This document shows positions 18,222-27,056 of a DNA stretch of 62,221 nt, in pieces. Numbering within the stretch: position 1 is the first letter of the stretch; every line of letters begins with the position of its first letter. The notes beneath the pieces were generated by a model. The model did not search any database. It had not been told where the DNA came from and saw nothing but the letters and a program-made list of their open reading frames with translations. Source of the stretch: Candidatus Poribacteria bacterium (lineage in GTDB: Bacteria; Poribacteria; WGA-4E; WGA-3G); NCBI GenBank assembly GCA_012271015.1, contig JAAXHD010000427.1:1-62221 (forward strand), given 5' to 3'. Both the position numbers and the translations under genes were made by a program.

Positions 18222-19940
18222 GTGGAAAGAGAAGACGATGTTCAATTGATCCGCACAATTTTATCGGGCGACGACACGGCATTCAGCATTTTGGTCGAAA
18301 AGTACCAAAAGAGCGTTCATGCGCTGGCATGGCGGAAGATCCAAGATTTTCACCATGCGGAAGAGATTATGCAGGACACCTTCCTGAGGGCATACAAAAA
18401 ACTTCCGACCCTCAGGAACCCCAATCAATTTGCTGGGTGGCTTCATGTCACCGCAAATCGGCTTTGCATTGATTGGTTACGAAAGCAAAAGCGACAGCAA
18501 GAACAAAAACTTGTGATGCAATCGTTGGAGGACACACGCCCGGAAGAAATCGAGGAATCCTCTTATACACATCATATATCGGAACAGCGAATGACAGAGA
18601 GCACCGAACATTACCATAAACTTGTCCAAAAACTTTTGGAAAAACTGCCGGAGAATGAACGCGCAGTTGTAACACTCTACTATCTCGACGAAATGTCAAC
18701 GAGAGAGATCGGCAAACTCTTGGGAGTGTCGGTGAATACAATTACGAGTAGACTCCAACGCGCGCGAAAGCGTTTACGAACAGACCAAGAATTCTTAGAT
18801 CAAGAATTCTTCGGTCATTTGCAATTATCAGATAACCTGAAGGAGAATGTCATGAGACAATTAGAAGAAATTCGCAGCAAGTTCGATGCATTCATGGAGA
18901 AAGTGAAATCCGATCCCGCATCAAGAGCGGATATTCTTACAGAAGCCTGTAACGAGATTGAAGATGCACTTAAGGGTGAAATCACACCTGAGTTGGTGCA
19001 TCTTGCTGCAGATGAGATATACCCCTATATGGGTAAACTTGGGTTGGAAAAACGGATACCCCTACTTCGTAAGTATATGGATGACACTCCGGATGATGCG
19101 GAGCGTTTCTGGTCCCATGAGGCGTTGGTCTATAGTCTCGCTTCTCTTGAAAGAAATCGGGAGGCTATTGAGGAACACGCTCGGCTTTACCGTTGGACGT
19201 GCCAGCACTTGCCAGATAAATATGTGTTAGAGGCTGCCTCTACTCTGAGCGTAGCTGGATGTTGGGCGGCGGAAGATCGTATTGATGACTGGATTCAACT
19301 TTATAATAATGCCTCTGAACGATTAGAGAACCCTGGCGTGAGCTACTTCAGTCGTGGCGAGTTCCTGCAAACCGGAATAGATGTCCTACGAGGCAACGAC
19401 AGGTTCGATGAAGCACTCCTTGAAATAGAAAAGTTGGAACGCGCTAACAATGAACCCGATTCAAAGCATTATTTTCAATTCTGGTTGATTGCGAAAGAAA
19501 ATCGACTTCTCATGTACGGTAAACAGGGAGATTGGGATCGTTTCGATCAAATTTTTACGGAAGTGAGTGCATATCTGGAAGGAGAGTTGAAAAAACGGGA
19601 CGCTGGTCAACCTGTAAATCTCAGCAACCTTATGTGGCTTGCTCACGATATCGGTTGTTGTCTGTTGTGGTCAAAGAAGTATAACGATGCGAAACACTTC
19701 CTACAAGCCGCCATTGATTTGGAAGATGACAACCATTATGCCCACTTCCAACTTGCCGCAAGCATCTGGGCTTCTGAGAAGGACAAAGAAAAAACTTTAC
19801 ATCATCTAAAAGTCGCTCAGGACTACTACGTGAGAAATCCTTATAATCAGGATACGTACTACCCGAATTTCCTTGAGATCCCTGAATTCTCAGACGTAAA
19901 GGATGATGAGGAGTTTCTGAAGGTTCTCGGACAAAAGTAG
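18222..19940 (+). CDS. ECF sigma factor with ~380-aa soluble helical C-terminal extension, copy 2
   Basis: Close paralog of 13072-14757 along the full length. GTG start preceded by GAGGAGG. Confidence 0.85.
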   Translation: MEREDDVQLIRTILSGDDTAFSILVEKYQKSVHALAWRKIQDFHHAEEIMQDTFLRAYKKLPTLRNPNQFAGWLHVTANRLCIDWLRKQKRQQEQKLVMQSLEDTRPEEIEESSYTHHISEQRMTESTEHYHKLVQKLLEKLPENERAVVTLYYLDEMSTREIGKLLGVSVNTITSRLQRARKRLRTDQEFLDQEFFGHLQLSDNLKENVMRQLEEIRSKFDAFMEKVKSDPASRADILTEACNEIEDALKGEITPELVHLAADEIYPYMGKLGLEKRIPLLRKYMDDTPDDAERFWSHEALVYSLASLERNREAIEEHARLYRWTCQHLPDKYVLEAASTLSVAGCWAAEDRIDDWIQLYNNASERLENPGVSYFSRGEFLQTGIDVLRGNDRFDEALLEIEKLERANNEPDSKHYFQFWLIAKENRLLMYGKQGDWDRFDQIFTEVSAYLEGELKKRDAGQPVNLSNLMWLAHDIGCCLLWSKKYNDAKHFLQAAIDLEDDNHYAHFQLAASIWASEKDKEKTLHHLKVAQDYYVRNPYNQDTYYPNFLEIPEFSDVKDDEEFLKVLGQK

Positions 19941-20040
19941 GACAACATTTATTTTGGTGATTGGTAATTCCGGAAGATCTGTTGGATTTCAAGCACATTG
20001 GTAGGTCTTTTCGGGTTCTGAGGCAGGAGAAGGTGCGACA

Positions 20041-21306
20041 ATGAAACTTCGTGATGCTATCATCGCGGGCGTAAAGCCTCTCGCTCAAAATAGGCTCCGT
20101 GCTGGATTGTCCATTCTCGGCATCTTCATCGGGATTGCGGGAGTGCTGTGCATGGTCGCTATCGGCGATGGTGCGAAACGTATTATCGCTCAAAACCTGG
20201 AAATGATGGGCGGTGCCAACCAAATCGCGTTCTGGACACGGACTTCTATTTGGAAGGGACCGCGGCTCGTCCGGCGCACTACGGAGCGATATACGCTTGA
20301 GGACGCTTCTGCAGTTGAGGCAGAATGCCCCAATGTGCTGTATGTCTTGCCTAAGGTGGAAGACTTCAACACCTTTGTTAGCAGTCGAAACGGGAATCAG
20401 GCGAAAGCGCGTTTAGAAGGTATCACAGTAGATTACGCTCTCGGCATGGGTTGGGAAGTTCACACCGGGAGATTCTTTTCCGACAACGATATAGAGAATG
20501 CAAAGCAGGTCTGTGTCTTGGGTGCTAACGCCGCCAGTGAGCTTTTTGGGGAAACATCGCCTATTGGGCAAGAGGTGAAGGTTCGGTATCATTGGCGGCA
20601 ATCGCAGATTAGGTTACGGGTTATCGGGGTGATGGCAACAAAAGGCATGAGTCTCAGCGACACGTACTCTTTAGATGATGCGATTTCTGTGCCGTTGACG
20701 ACCTATCAACAACGGGTGAAAGGCTCTCGTTACGTTGACTACTTGCTCGTCTTTTTTAAAAAAGGCGCGGAGATGGACGGTATTATTGATTCTGTTAAAA
20801 ATACGCTGCGGAAAAGACACCGAGGAAAAGATGAATTTATCGGTGTTTGGATGGCGAAACTGACGGCTCAGCGACTTTTCCACATTCAAAAAGTGATAAA
20901 AATCACCTTGGGCAGCCTTGCGGGTTTCTCGCTGTTCGTCAGCGGCGTTGGCATCATGAATATCTGTCTCGTCTCTGTCGGTGAAAAGACGCGGGAGATA
21001 GGTTTACGGAGATCGGTGGGTGCGAAACGGATTCACATTTTTTCCCAATTTTTGACGGAGTCGATCTGCCTCTGTTTGTGTGGTGGGGTGCTCGGTATTG
21101 CGGGCGGTTGGGGCGCAGCACACGGAATGGCATGGCTTGCGGTTCGGATTGTGCCAGTTGTGGACGTGTGGCCCGTCGTCCTCTCCCTTCCCTGGGTATT
21201 GACTTCTGTTATTTTCTCGATTGTTATGGGTGTAGGGTTCGGGGTCTATCCTGCGATGCGGGCGGCGCGGCTTTCACCTGTCGATGCACTTCGGAGCGAG
21301 AATTAG
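20041..21306 (+). CDS. MacB/FtsX-family ABC transporter permease (no fused ATPase), copy 2
   Basis: Same architecture as 680-1981 (LSILGIFIGIAGVLCMVAIGDGA; TREIGLRRSVGAKRIHIFSQFLTES). Confidence 0.85.
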   Translation: MKLRDAIIAGVKPLAQNRLRAGLSILGIFIGIAGVLCMVAIGDGAKRIIAQNLEMMGGANQIAFWTRTSIWKGPRLVRRTTERYTLEDASAVEAECPNVLYVLPKVEDFNTFVSSRNGNQAKARLEGITVDYALGMGWEVHTGRFFSDNDIENAKQVCVLGANAASELFGETSPIGQEVKVRYHWRQSQIRLRVIGVMATKGMSLSDTYSLDDAISVPLTTYQQRVKGSRYVDYLLVFFKKGAEMDGIIDSVKNTLRKRHRGKDEFIGVWMAKLTAQRLFHIQKVIKITLGSLAGFSLFVSGVGIMNICLVSVGEKTREIGLRRSVGAKRIHIFSQFLTESICLCLCGGVLGIAGGWGAAHGMAWLAVRIVPVVDVWPVVLSLPWVLTSVIFSIVMGVGFGVYPAMRAARLSPVDALRSEN

Positions 21307-21357
21307 CATTTACAAAGAGATGGGCCCCTGTAATCCCGTCAATCTTCTGACATATAA

Positions 21358-21987
21358 ATGATTGTAGGTTTTACGATAAAGTTCTTGTGCCGTTTCTATG
21401 AGCCAACAACGGGACAAATATTCATTGACGACATCCCGTTACATCAGTATCGCCTTGAGAGTTTACGCCAGAAAATTGCCCCAGTCTTTCAGGATTTTTC
21501 ACATTTTTTCCTGACTGCGGGAGAAAACATCGGTATCGGGAATGTGGAGCACGTCAACGACGCGTCCGCGGTGATTCAGGCAGCAGCACAAGGTCAAGCA
21601 GATACAGTCGTTTCACAACTTTCTGACGGATACCAGACCTTACTCGGACGGCATTTTGACGGTGGCACTGATTTATCTGGCGGTGAATGGCAAAAAATCG
21701 CTATCTCGCGTGCCTTTATGAGGGATGCAGAAATCCTGATCCTTGATGAGCCGACAGCCGCACTCGACGCAGAATCCGAATATGCCCTCTTTCAACGCTT
21801 CAAAATACTCACGCAGGGTATGACGACACTGTTGATCTCCCATCGCTTCTCGACAGTCCGCATGGCAGACAGGATTCTCGTTATTGACGAAGGGAAAATT
21901 CTTGAGGAAGGCACCCATGAGCAGTTGATGAACAGAAGTGGTAGGTATGCAACGCTCTATCGAATGCAATCGGAAAAGTACAAATAA
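21358..21987 (+). pseudogene. 5-prime-truncated ABC exporter ATPase remnant (no TMD, no Walker A)
   Basis: Starts at ...CRFYEPTTGQIFIDD, the segment that normally follows Walker A. It retains the Q-loop, signature LSGGEWQK, Walker B ILILDEPT and H-loop LLISHR. A TAA lies immediately upstream in frame at 21355-21357. Confidence 0.75.
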
Positions 21988-22221
21988 TTAGCAAACAACT
22001 AAAGACTGTGATGTCAATATTTACGCGTCGCAGGGAAAAAGGAGTTCACATGCAAACCAAAAAATCGGAAGAATCTCGAAGATTACTAAGATCTGTAAAA
22101 GAATTTTTCAATGGATCCAAGGAACTGAATCTCCGCCGAGACGAATTGAGAAGGGTTTATCAGATGATCCCAGTTTTTCCGGTTCGGCTTAAAGCGGGGA
22201 GGAACCTTCGTCCCTTTCTTC

Positions 22222-22250
22222 TTGACAATCTTCGTTAAACCCATTATCAT
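22222..22250 (+). promoter_or_regulatory. sigma-70-type promoter candidate for the LamG gene
   Basis: TTGACA (22222-22227), 17 nt, TATCAT (22245-22250). Confidence 0.4.
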
Positions 22251-22283
22251 TTCTGCAACTATGGACTAAGGAGGAATAACCAG

Positions 22284-23084
22284 ATGAAGATCAAATTGTT
22301 GTGGATCGGTATGGTCGTCCTATTTATCGTTGGGACGTTAGCCGCTTCAAGTTATGCGGTGTTGGACCCTGACACCATCGTGGGCGTATGGAAATTTGAT
22401 GAGGGTAAGGGAAATACTGCAAAAGATTCCTCGGGAAATGGAAATGATGGGACGCTCACGAATAAACCCAAGTGGGTAGATGGTAAATTTGGCAAGGCTC
22501 TTGAGTTTGATGGCACATCTTTTGTGGATATGGGAAATGATGAATCACTTCAGTTCCACGGAGATGTGACAATTGTTTTTTGGGTTAAACCTGAAAGCGT
22601 AGCTAGTGGTCGCCAAAACATCGTTTGCAAATCTTATGGCGGCGAAGGTTGCTTGACACAGGAACCCGATGGTCGGTTAAGTTTTTATTGGGGCGATTGT
22701 GGCGGAAATTGTCAACCGTATGTGGAGGTTAGAAGACCTGTCCCAGGAACGTTTGTAGATGACGAGTGGATTCACGTGGCTGAGACGCGTAATGTCAAAA
22801 AACGTGAGTATAAGATGTACAAGGATGGCGAGGTCGCGTCTGAGGATAAATGGTTAAAATGTGGGGCGCACCCCTGCGGAGATTCCAGTCCCAGCGGTCT
22901 TAATCTGCTCATCGGTTCCGGTTATGCGGGTAAGTATAGAGGCATCATTGACGATGTGGCTATCTTTAACGTGGTTCTGAGTGAGGATGAAATTCAGAGT
23001 ATCATGGATGATGGATTGGAGGCGGCTTTCGACGTTTCTCCCACCGACAGACTCACCACCACATGGGCGGTCCTAAAGCAATAA
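22284..23084 (+). CDS. secreted LamG/concanavalin-A-like lectin domain protein
   Basis: Signal peptide MKIKLLWIGMVVLFIVGTLAASSYA. The Laminin_G_3-type pattern DSSGNGNDGTL...KWVDGKFGKALEFDG is present. GGAGG SD. Confidence 0.8.
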   Translation: MKIKLLWIGMVVLFIVGTLAASSYAVLDPDTIVGVWKFDEGKGNTAKDSSGNGNDGTLTNKPKWVDGKFGKALEFDGTSFVDMGNDESLQFHGDVTIVFWVKPESVASGRQNIVCKSYGGEGCLTQEPDGRLSFYWGDCGGNCQPYVEVRRPVPGTFVDDEWIHVAETRNVKKREYKMYKDGEVASEDKWLKCGAHPCGDSSPSGLNLLIGSGYAGKYRGIIDDVAIFNVVLSEDEIQSIMDDGLEAAFDVSPTDRLTTTWAVLKQ

Positions 23085-23200
23085 CGGATTAGGCATAGAG
23101 GCGGGAACACAACGTTCTTGCCTCTTTGATAATCCGCAATTCAGACAAACAGTGGCTATATTAACCTGTAGATACAACACCCTCCTCTAAATTGATACCC

Positions 23201-24646
23201 ATGGATCACTCCCAAGACAACTTTATGCAAAACCTGTGGAAACCACACAAGTTGGTGTTGGTTCTGTCCATATTTGTTTTCCTCCACTCAACGGCACCGG
23301 GAGCTAAATCCCAAGAAGATGCAAAAATGAAAAAAGAACGGATCCAGGTTTATACAGAGAACCCACGTTACTGGCAGTATAAAGCGGAGCCGATTCTGCT
23401 CATCGGCGGTTCAGTTGAAGATAACCTATTTCAGATTCCGAATCTCAAAGCGCACCTCGAACTGCTGAAATCCGTCGGTGGCAATTATGTGCGAAGTACG
23501 ATGAGTTGGGTTGATGAAGGCGATGTGCCGCCCTTCAAAAAAGTTGGCGATCAATATGACTTAAATCAGTGGAATGATGAATTTTGGAGACGTTTTCGGA
23601 ACTTCATGGTGTGGACCCACGAGATGGATATTATCGTCCAGATTGAGGTGTGGGCGACCTTCAACTATTACCGCGAGCCTTGGGATGCCAATCCTTTCAA
23701 TCCAAAAAATAATAGCAACTATACTGCGGAAGAAACAGGATTACCCACCGTTGTCAAAAGCCATCCGACTGCAACGGAGAACAACTTTTTCTGGTCTGTC
23801 CCGAAAGAGCACAATCAGCAGATCGTCTTGAAATACCAACAAAAATTTGTAGATAAGCTTCTCTCCGAGACGCTCCAGTACGGGCATGTGTTCTACTGCA
23901 TGGACAACGAGACTTCTGTCACGCCTGCTTGGGGAGAGTACTGGGCAACGTATATCCAAAAACAGGCAGCAGCAGTTGGGCGAGTCGTTGAAACGACAGA
24001 GATGTGGGATCCCTGGGATTTATCACACGAGATGCATAAAGCAACATTCGACCATCCTGAAACCTATTCATTTTGTGATATATCACAGAATAACCATCGG
24101 AAGCGGCAGCGGCATTGGGATAACGCCCAGAAAATTCGAGCAAAGCTTTCACCGATCCGTCCCATCAATAATATTAAAATTTACGGTGCTGATGGCGGAC
24201 GGTTCGGCAGTACGCAGGATGGGTTGGAGCGGTTTTGGCGAAATATTTTCGGCGGATTCGCATCAGCTCGGTTTCACCGTCCCGACAGCGGGGTTGGTTT
24301 GAATGAAATAGCACAAGCACACATCAAGAGTATGCGAATCCTCACGGATAGTATGGACATTTTTACGTGCGAACCTCACAATGACTTGCTTTCCAACAGA
24401 GCAGAAAACGAAGCGTATATCATCGCAAATCCAGGACGGGAATACGCTGTCTACTTCCCGAATAACGGCTCGGTTGACATCAAGTTGAATACAGGTGAAG
24501 AGATAAGCACCAAAATGGTAGCGATAAGGTGGTTAAATATCGCTAAAAGTGAATGGACACAGGAAGCGGAAATTCCCTTCGGAGATAGCATAACATTATC
24601 TGCTCCAACCGAAGATCATTGGGCAGTCTTGATTCAGTTGCAATAA
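23201..24646 (+). CDS. secreted TIM-barrel glycoside-hydrolase-like protein (clan GH-A-like; function uncertain)
   Basis: N-terminal hydrophobic signal. CMDNETS resembles the conserved NE acid/base motif of clan GH-A. Start choice among 23192 (TTG), 23201 and 23228 is uncertain. Confidence 0.5.
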   Translation: MDHSQDNFMQNLWKPHKLVLVLSIFVFLHSTAPGAKSQEDAKMKKERIQVYTENPRYWQYKAEPILLIGGSVEDNLFQIPNLKAHLELLKSVGGNYVRSTMSWVDEGDVPPFKKVGDQYDLNQWNDEFWRRFRNFMVWTHEMDIIVQIEVWATFNYYREPWDANPFNPKNNSNYTAEETGLPTVVKSHPTATENNFFWSVPKEHNQQIVLKYQQKFVDKLLSETLQYGHVFYCMDNETSVTPAWGEYWATYIQKQAAAVGRVVETTEMWDPWDLSHEMHKATFDHPETYSFCDISQNNHRKRQRHWDNAQKIRAKLSPIRPINNIKIYGADGGRFGSTQDGLERFWRNIFGGFASARFHRPDSGVGLNEIAQAHIKSMRILTDSMDIFTCEPHNDLLSNRAENEAYIIANPGREYAVYFPNNGSVDIKLNTGEEISTKMVAIRWLNIAKSEWTQEAEIPFGDSITLSAPTEDHWAVLIQLQ

Positions 24647-24715
24647 CTGTAATCCCTCTAACCCTCTCTACTTGCATCCGACGAACCCTTAATTCAGAAA
24701 CTATTCTATTTTTTT

Positions 24716-24744
24716 TTGCATTCCCTATATCTGCGTGTTATAAT
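24716..24744 (+). promoter_or_regulatory. sigma-70-type promoter candidate for the atp operon
   Basis: TTGCAT (24716-24721), 17 nt, TATAAT (24739-24744), preceded by a T-tract. Confidence 0.5.
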
Positions 24745-24808
24745 ATATACCGTTGTTTGATGAGCGGCTACCATCTGTAAACATGTTCCATTTTTTGAAG
24801 GTACAGCG

Positions 24809-25108
24809 ATGTTTATATTTAAGGATCGACTGAAACAGGTGAAAAATGACAACATTGGGATGTTTGACCTCGCTTCCATCGGGATAACACTTGCGCTCGC
24901 GATTTGTATTGGCTATTTCGGGGGCAAGTGGATCGGTGGAAAATTAGGCAACGCAGCAGTTGGATCCTACATCGGTTTCGGAATGGGGGTTGCCGCTGGA
25001 TTCATGGAGATGTTTCGCGCGGTAGCACGCTGGAACCGCCAACTCGAACGGCTGGAAAAACAGCGTCGTGCCACTTCAGAACAAACACAGGACACTGAAG
25101 AAGGATAA
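24809..25108 (+). CDS. AtpZ-like small membrane protein (putative F0F1-ATPase accessory subunit family)
   Basis: Two TM helices with FDLASIGITLALAICIGYFGGKWIGGKLG, typical of the ATPase_gene1/AtpZ family. First gene of the atp cluster. Confidence 0.55.
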   Translation: MFIFKDRLKQVKNDNIGMFDLASIGITLALAICIGYFGGKWIGGKLGNAAVGSYIGFGMGVAAGFMEMFRAVARWNRQLERLEKQRRATSEQTQDTEEG

Positions 25109-25182
25109 CATCTGAAAGCAATCGAGATCCAGAAATTTCGGCAATCATAATTTGCTGTAATTTTGACAAAGGAGTCGCTTGG

Positions 25183-25590
25183 ATGGGTCCGGTTTTGGAA
25201 ATTGGTGACCGATTTATCCGCCACGTCTATATCTTGACAATCTGCCTCACGGTCGTCATTTCGGCAGCGTTGTTAGGATTTAAACGCGGCGCGCTCCCCA
25301 GTTTTCTGATCGGTAGTGCTATCAGTCTGAGTCTCTTCTGGTCCATCGAATTTGTGGTTCGACGACTTGTTCGACCCGGGAAAACGAAGCGCACGAAGTA
25401 CTTGCTCGGTTTCATTGCGATCGGTAAATACACAGTACTCGCTGGGTTCCTCTATCTCTTGTTTAAAATGGAGTGGATGAATATATACGCGTTCGCTGGT
25501 GGGATTGCTTTAGTACAAGTTACCATCATTATCAAAGCGATTGGTTTGATGGTGACTATTCTGTCAAATAAGGATCCTAATCAACCTTGA
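25183..25590 (+). CDS. atpI: ATP synthase protein I-like membrane protein
   Basis: 135 aa with four predicted TM helices, immediately upstream of atpB. Confidence 0.5.
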   Translation: MGPVLEIGDRFIRHVYILTICLTVVISAALLGFKRGALPSFLIGSAISLSLFWSIEFVVRRLVRPGKTKRTKYLLGFIAIGKYTVLAGFLYLLFKMEWMNIYAFAGGIALVQVTIIIKAIGLMVTILSNKDPNQP

Positions 25591-25669
25591 AGCGAAACTG
25601 GCAAGTAGATTTCAAGCGGGAAGTGTGCGAAACTATCCCTACATTACTTAAAAGACATAACGACAAAAT

Positions 25670-26500
25670 ATGAAAAAAATACCATTTATCTGCTTGGTTG
25701 TCGGACTCAGTTTGGCGGCAGTAGCCGGGGGGTTCGCAGCCGAGAACGGTCACCGTAGTTTGCTCTATCCGGTTTCAAGAATTTTGCCAGATGAGATTAT
25801 TCCTGAACCGACTCGGTGGCATCAGCCCGATCTAATTCCCAACACATACTTTGCTGTTCTCGTCTTAGTGCTGTTTTTTATCTTCGCTACCCGGAAGTTG
25901 AAACGGATACCTGAAGGGAAAGGACAAACTCTATTGGAGTTGTTTGTTGGGGGTATCATGGACTTCTTCGGGGGTATTTTAGGTGATCACGGCAAAAAAT
26001 ATATTCCATTCGTTGGCTCTTACTTCATCTTCATTCTCTTTCTGAATTATCTTGGTGTCATTCCGGGGCTTCAACCCCCAACAGCAGATTTGAATACAAC
26101 GCTTGCGCTCGGCATAACGGCTGTGTTGGGCGTTCAAATTATCGCTATTAAAGAGAATGGGATAATCGGGTATCTCAAGCATCTCATCGGTAATCCACCG
26201 TTGATGGGTATTTTGATGTTTCCACTTGAGGTAATTGCGCAATTATCGCGTGCAGGCTCGCTTGCTGTCAGGCTTTTCGGAAACATTTTTGGCGAAAAAT
26301 CGGTTGTTATTGAACTGACGAAACTCGGACTTATCGTGCTGATTGCAGATGCCATACCGATTATTCCGGTGCAAGTGCCTATGCTGTTCTTCGGACTGTT
26401 TGCTGGCTTCCTGCAAGCGTTCGTTTTCACTATTTTAACATCTATCTATATCGTGCTTTTCATAGAACACGATGAAGAAGCGCATGAAGCGCATCACTAA
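25670..26500 (+). CDS. atpB: F0F1 ATP synthase subunit a
   Basis: PGLQPPTADLNTTLALGITAV and the essential-Arg helix LAVRLFGNIFGEK. Confidence 0.92.
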   Translation: MKKIPFICLVVGLSLAAVAGGFAAENGHRSLLYPVSRILPDEIIPEPTRWHQPDLIPNTYFAVLVLVLFFIFATRKLKRIPEGKGQTLLELFVGGIMDFFGGILGDHGKKYIPFVGSYFIFILFLNYLGVIPGLQPPTADLNTTLALGITAVLGVQIIAIKENGIIGYLKHLIGNPPLMGILMFPLEVIAQLSRAGSLAVRLFGNIFGEKSVVIELTKLGLIVLIADAIPIIPVQVPMLFFGLFAGFLQAFVFTILTSIYIVLFIEHDEEAHEAHH

Positions 26501-26550
26501 TTTGTGGGACACGTGTAAACTGTCCCTTATCCGTCCAAGGAGGACATTTC

Positions 26551-26856
26551 ATGATTTATTTAGCAGTGTTGGCGTTTGGTGTAACTTTAGGGTTGCCAAT
26601 CGCTGTTATTTTTGCCTCAACGGCGCAAGGTAGGGCGACAAGTACTGCTCTTGAAGGAATTGCACGTCAACCCGATGCCGCGCCGCGTATCCAAACCGCA
26701 ATGATTATCGGTTTGGCACTCATCGAGTCGCTCGTTATCTATGCGCTCTTAATGTTCTTTATCTTGCAAGCAAAACTCCCCGCAGATGCTATGCTGAGAG
26801 GGATGATTGAGGCAGACGCGCAACGAGTTGCGACAGATGTCGGAGACGGAAATTAA
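26551..26856 (+). CDS. atpE: F0F1 ATP synthase subunit c (atypical: no Gly-motif helix 1, ~30-aa C-terminal tail)
   Basis: Loop EGIARQPDA and the carboxylate helix GLALIESLVIYALLMFF. AAGGAGG SD. Confidence 0.88.
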   Translation: MIYLAVLAFGVTLGLPIAVIFASTAQGRATSTALEGIARQPDAAPRIQTAMIIGLALIESLVIYALLMFFILQAKLPADAMLRGMIEADAQRVATDVGDGN

Positions 26857-26873
26857 TATATTGCTTGACTTCA

Positions 26874-26957
26874 GTGGTTGTCGGTTTTAACCATCAACTC
26901 GCCTCCGTTATAAATGTTAAAGCACGAGTTGATGGTTAAAGTTGTCGGTTGTCAGTG
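26874..26957. repeat. hairpin element flanked by GGTTGTC heptamer arrays
   Basis: Perfect 15-bp stem ttaaccatcaactcg (26887-26901) / cgagttgatggttaa (26925-26939), flanked by gtggttgtcggtt and gttgtcggttgtcagtg. Confidence 0.85.
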
Positions 26958-27056
26958 ACTCGTGTGGTATTGACAATCGTTTGCAACTGCCACAACGTTC
27001 TCTTTACCGAAAACCGAAGACCGATAACCATTTCAACAACAGAGTACGGTAAATTT

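Noticed and set aside
22008-22238. 76-aa ORF (or 62 aa from ATG 22050 with AAGGAG) upstream of the LamG gene
   Set aside because: There is no recognisable domain, and its 3-prime end overlaps the predicted LamG promoter. It cannot be supported beyond ORF presence.
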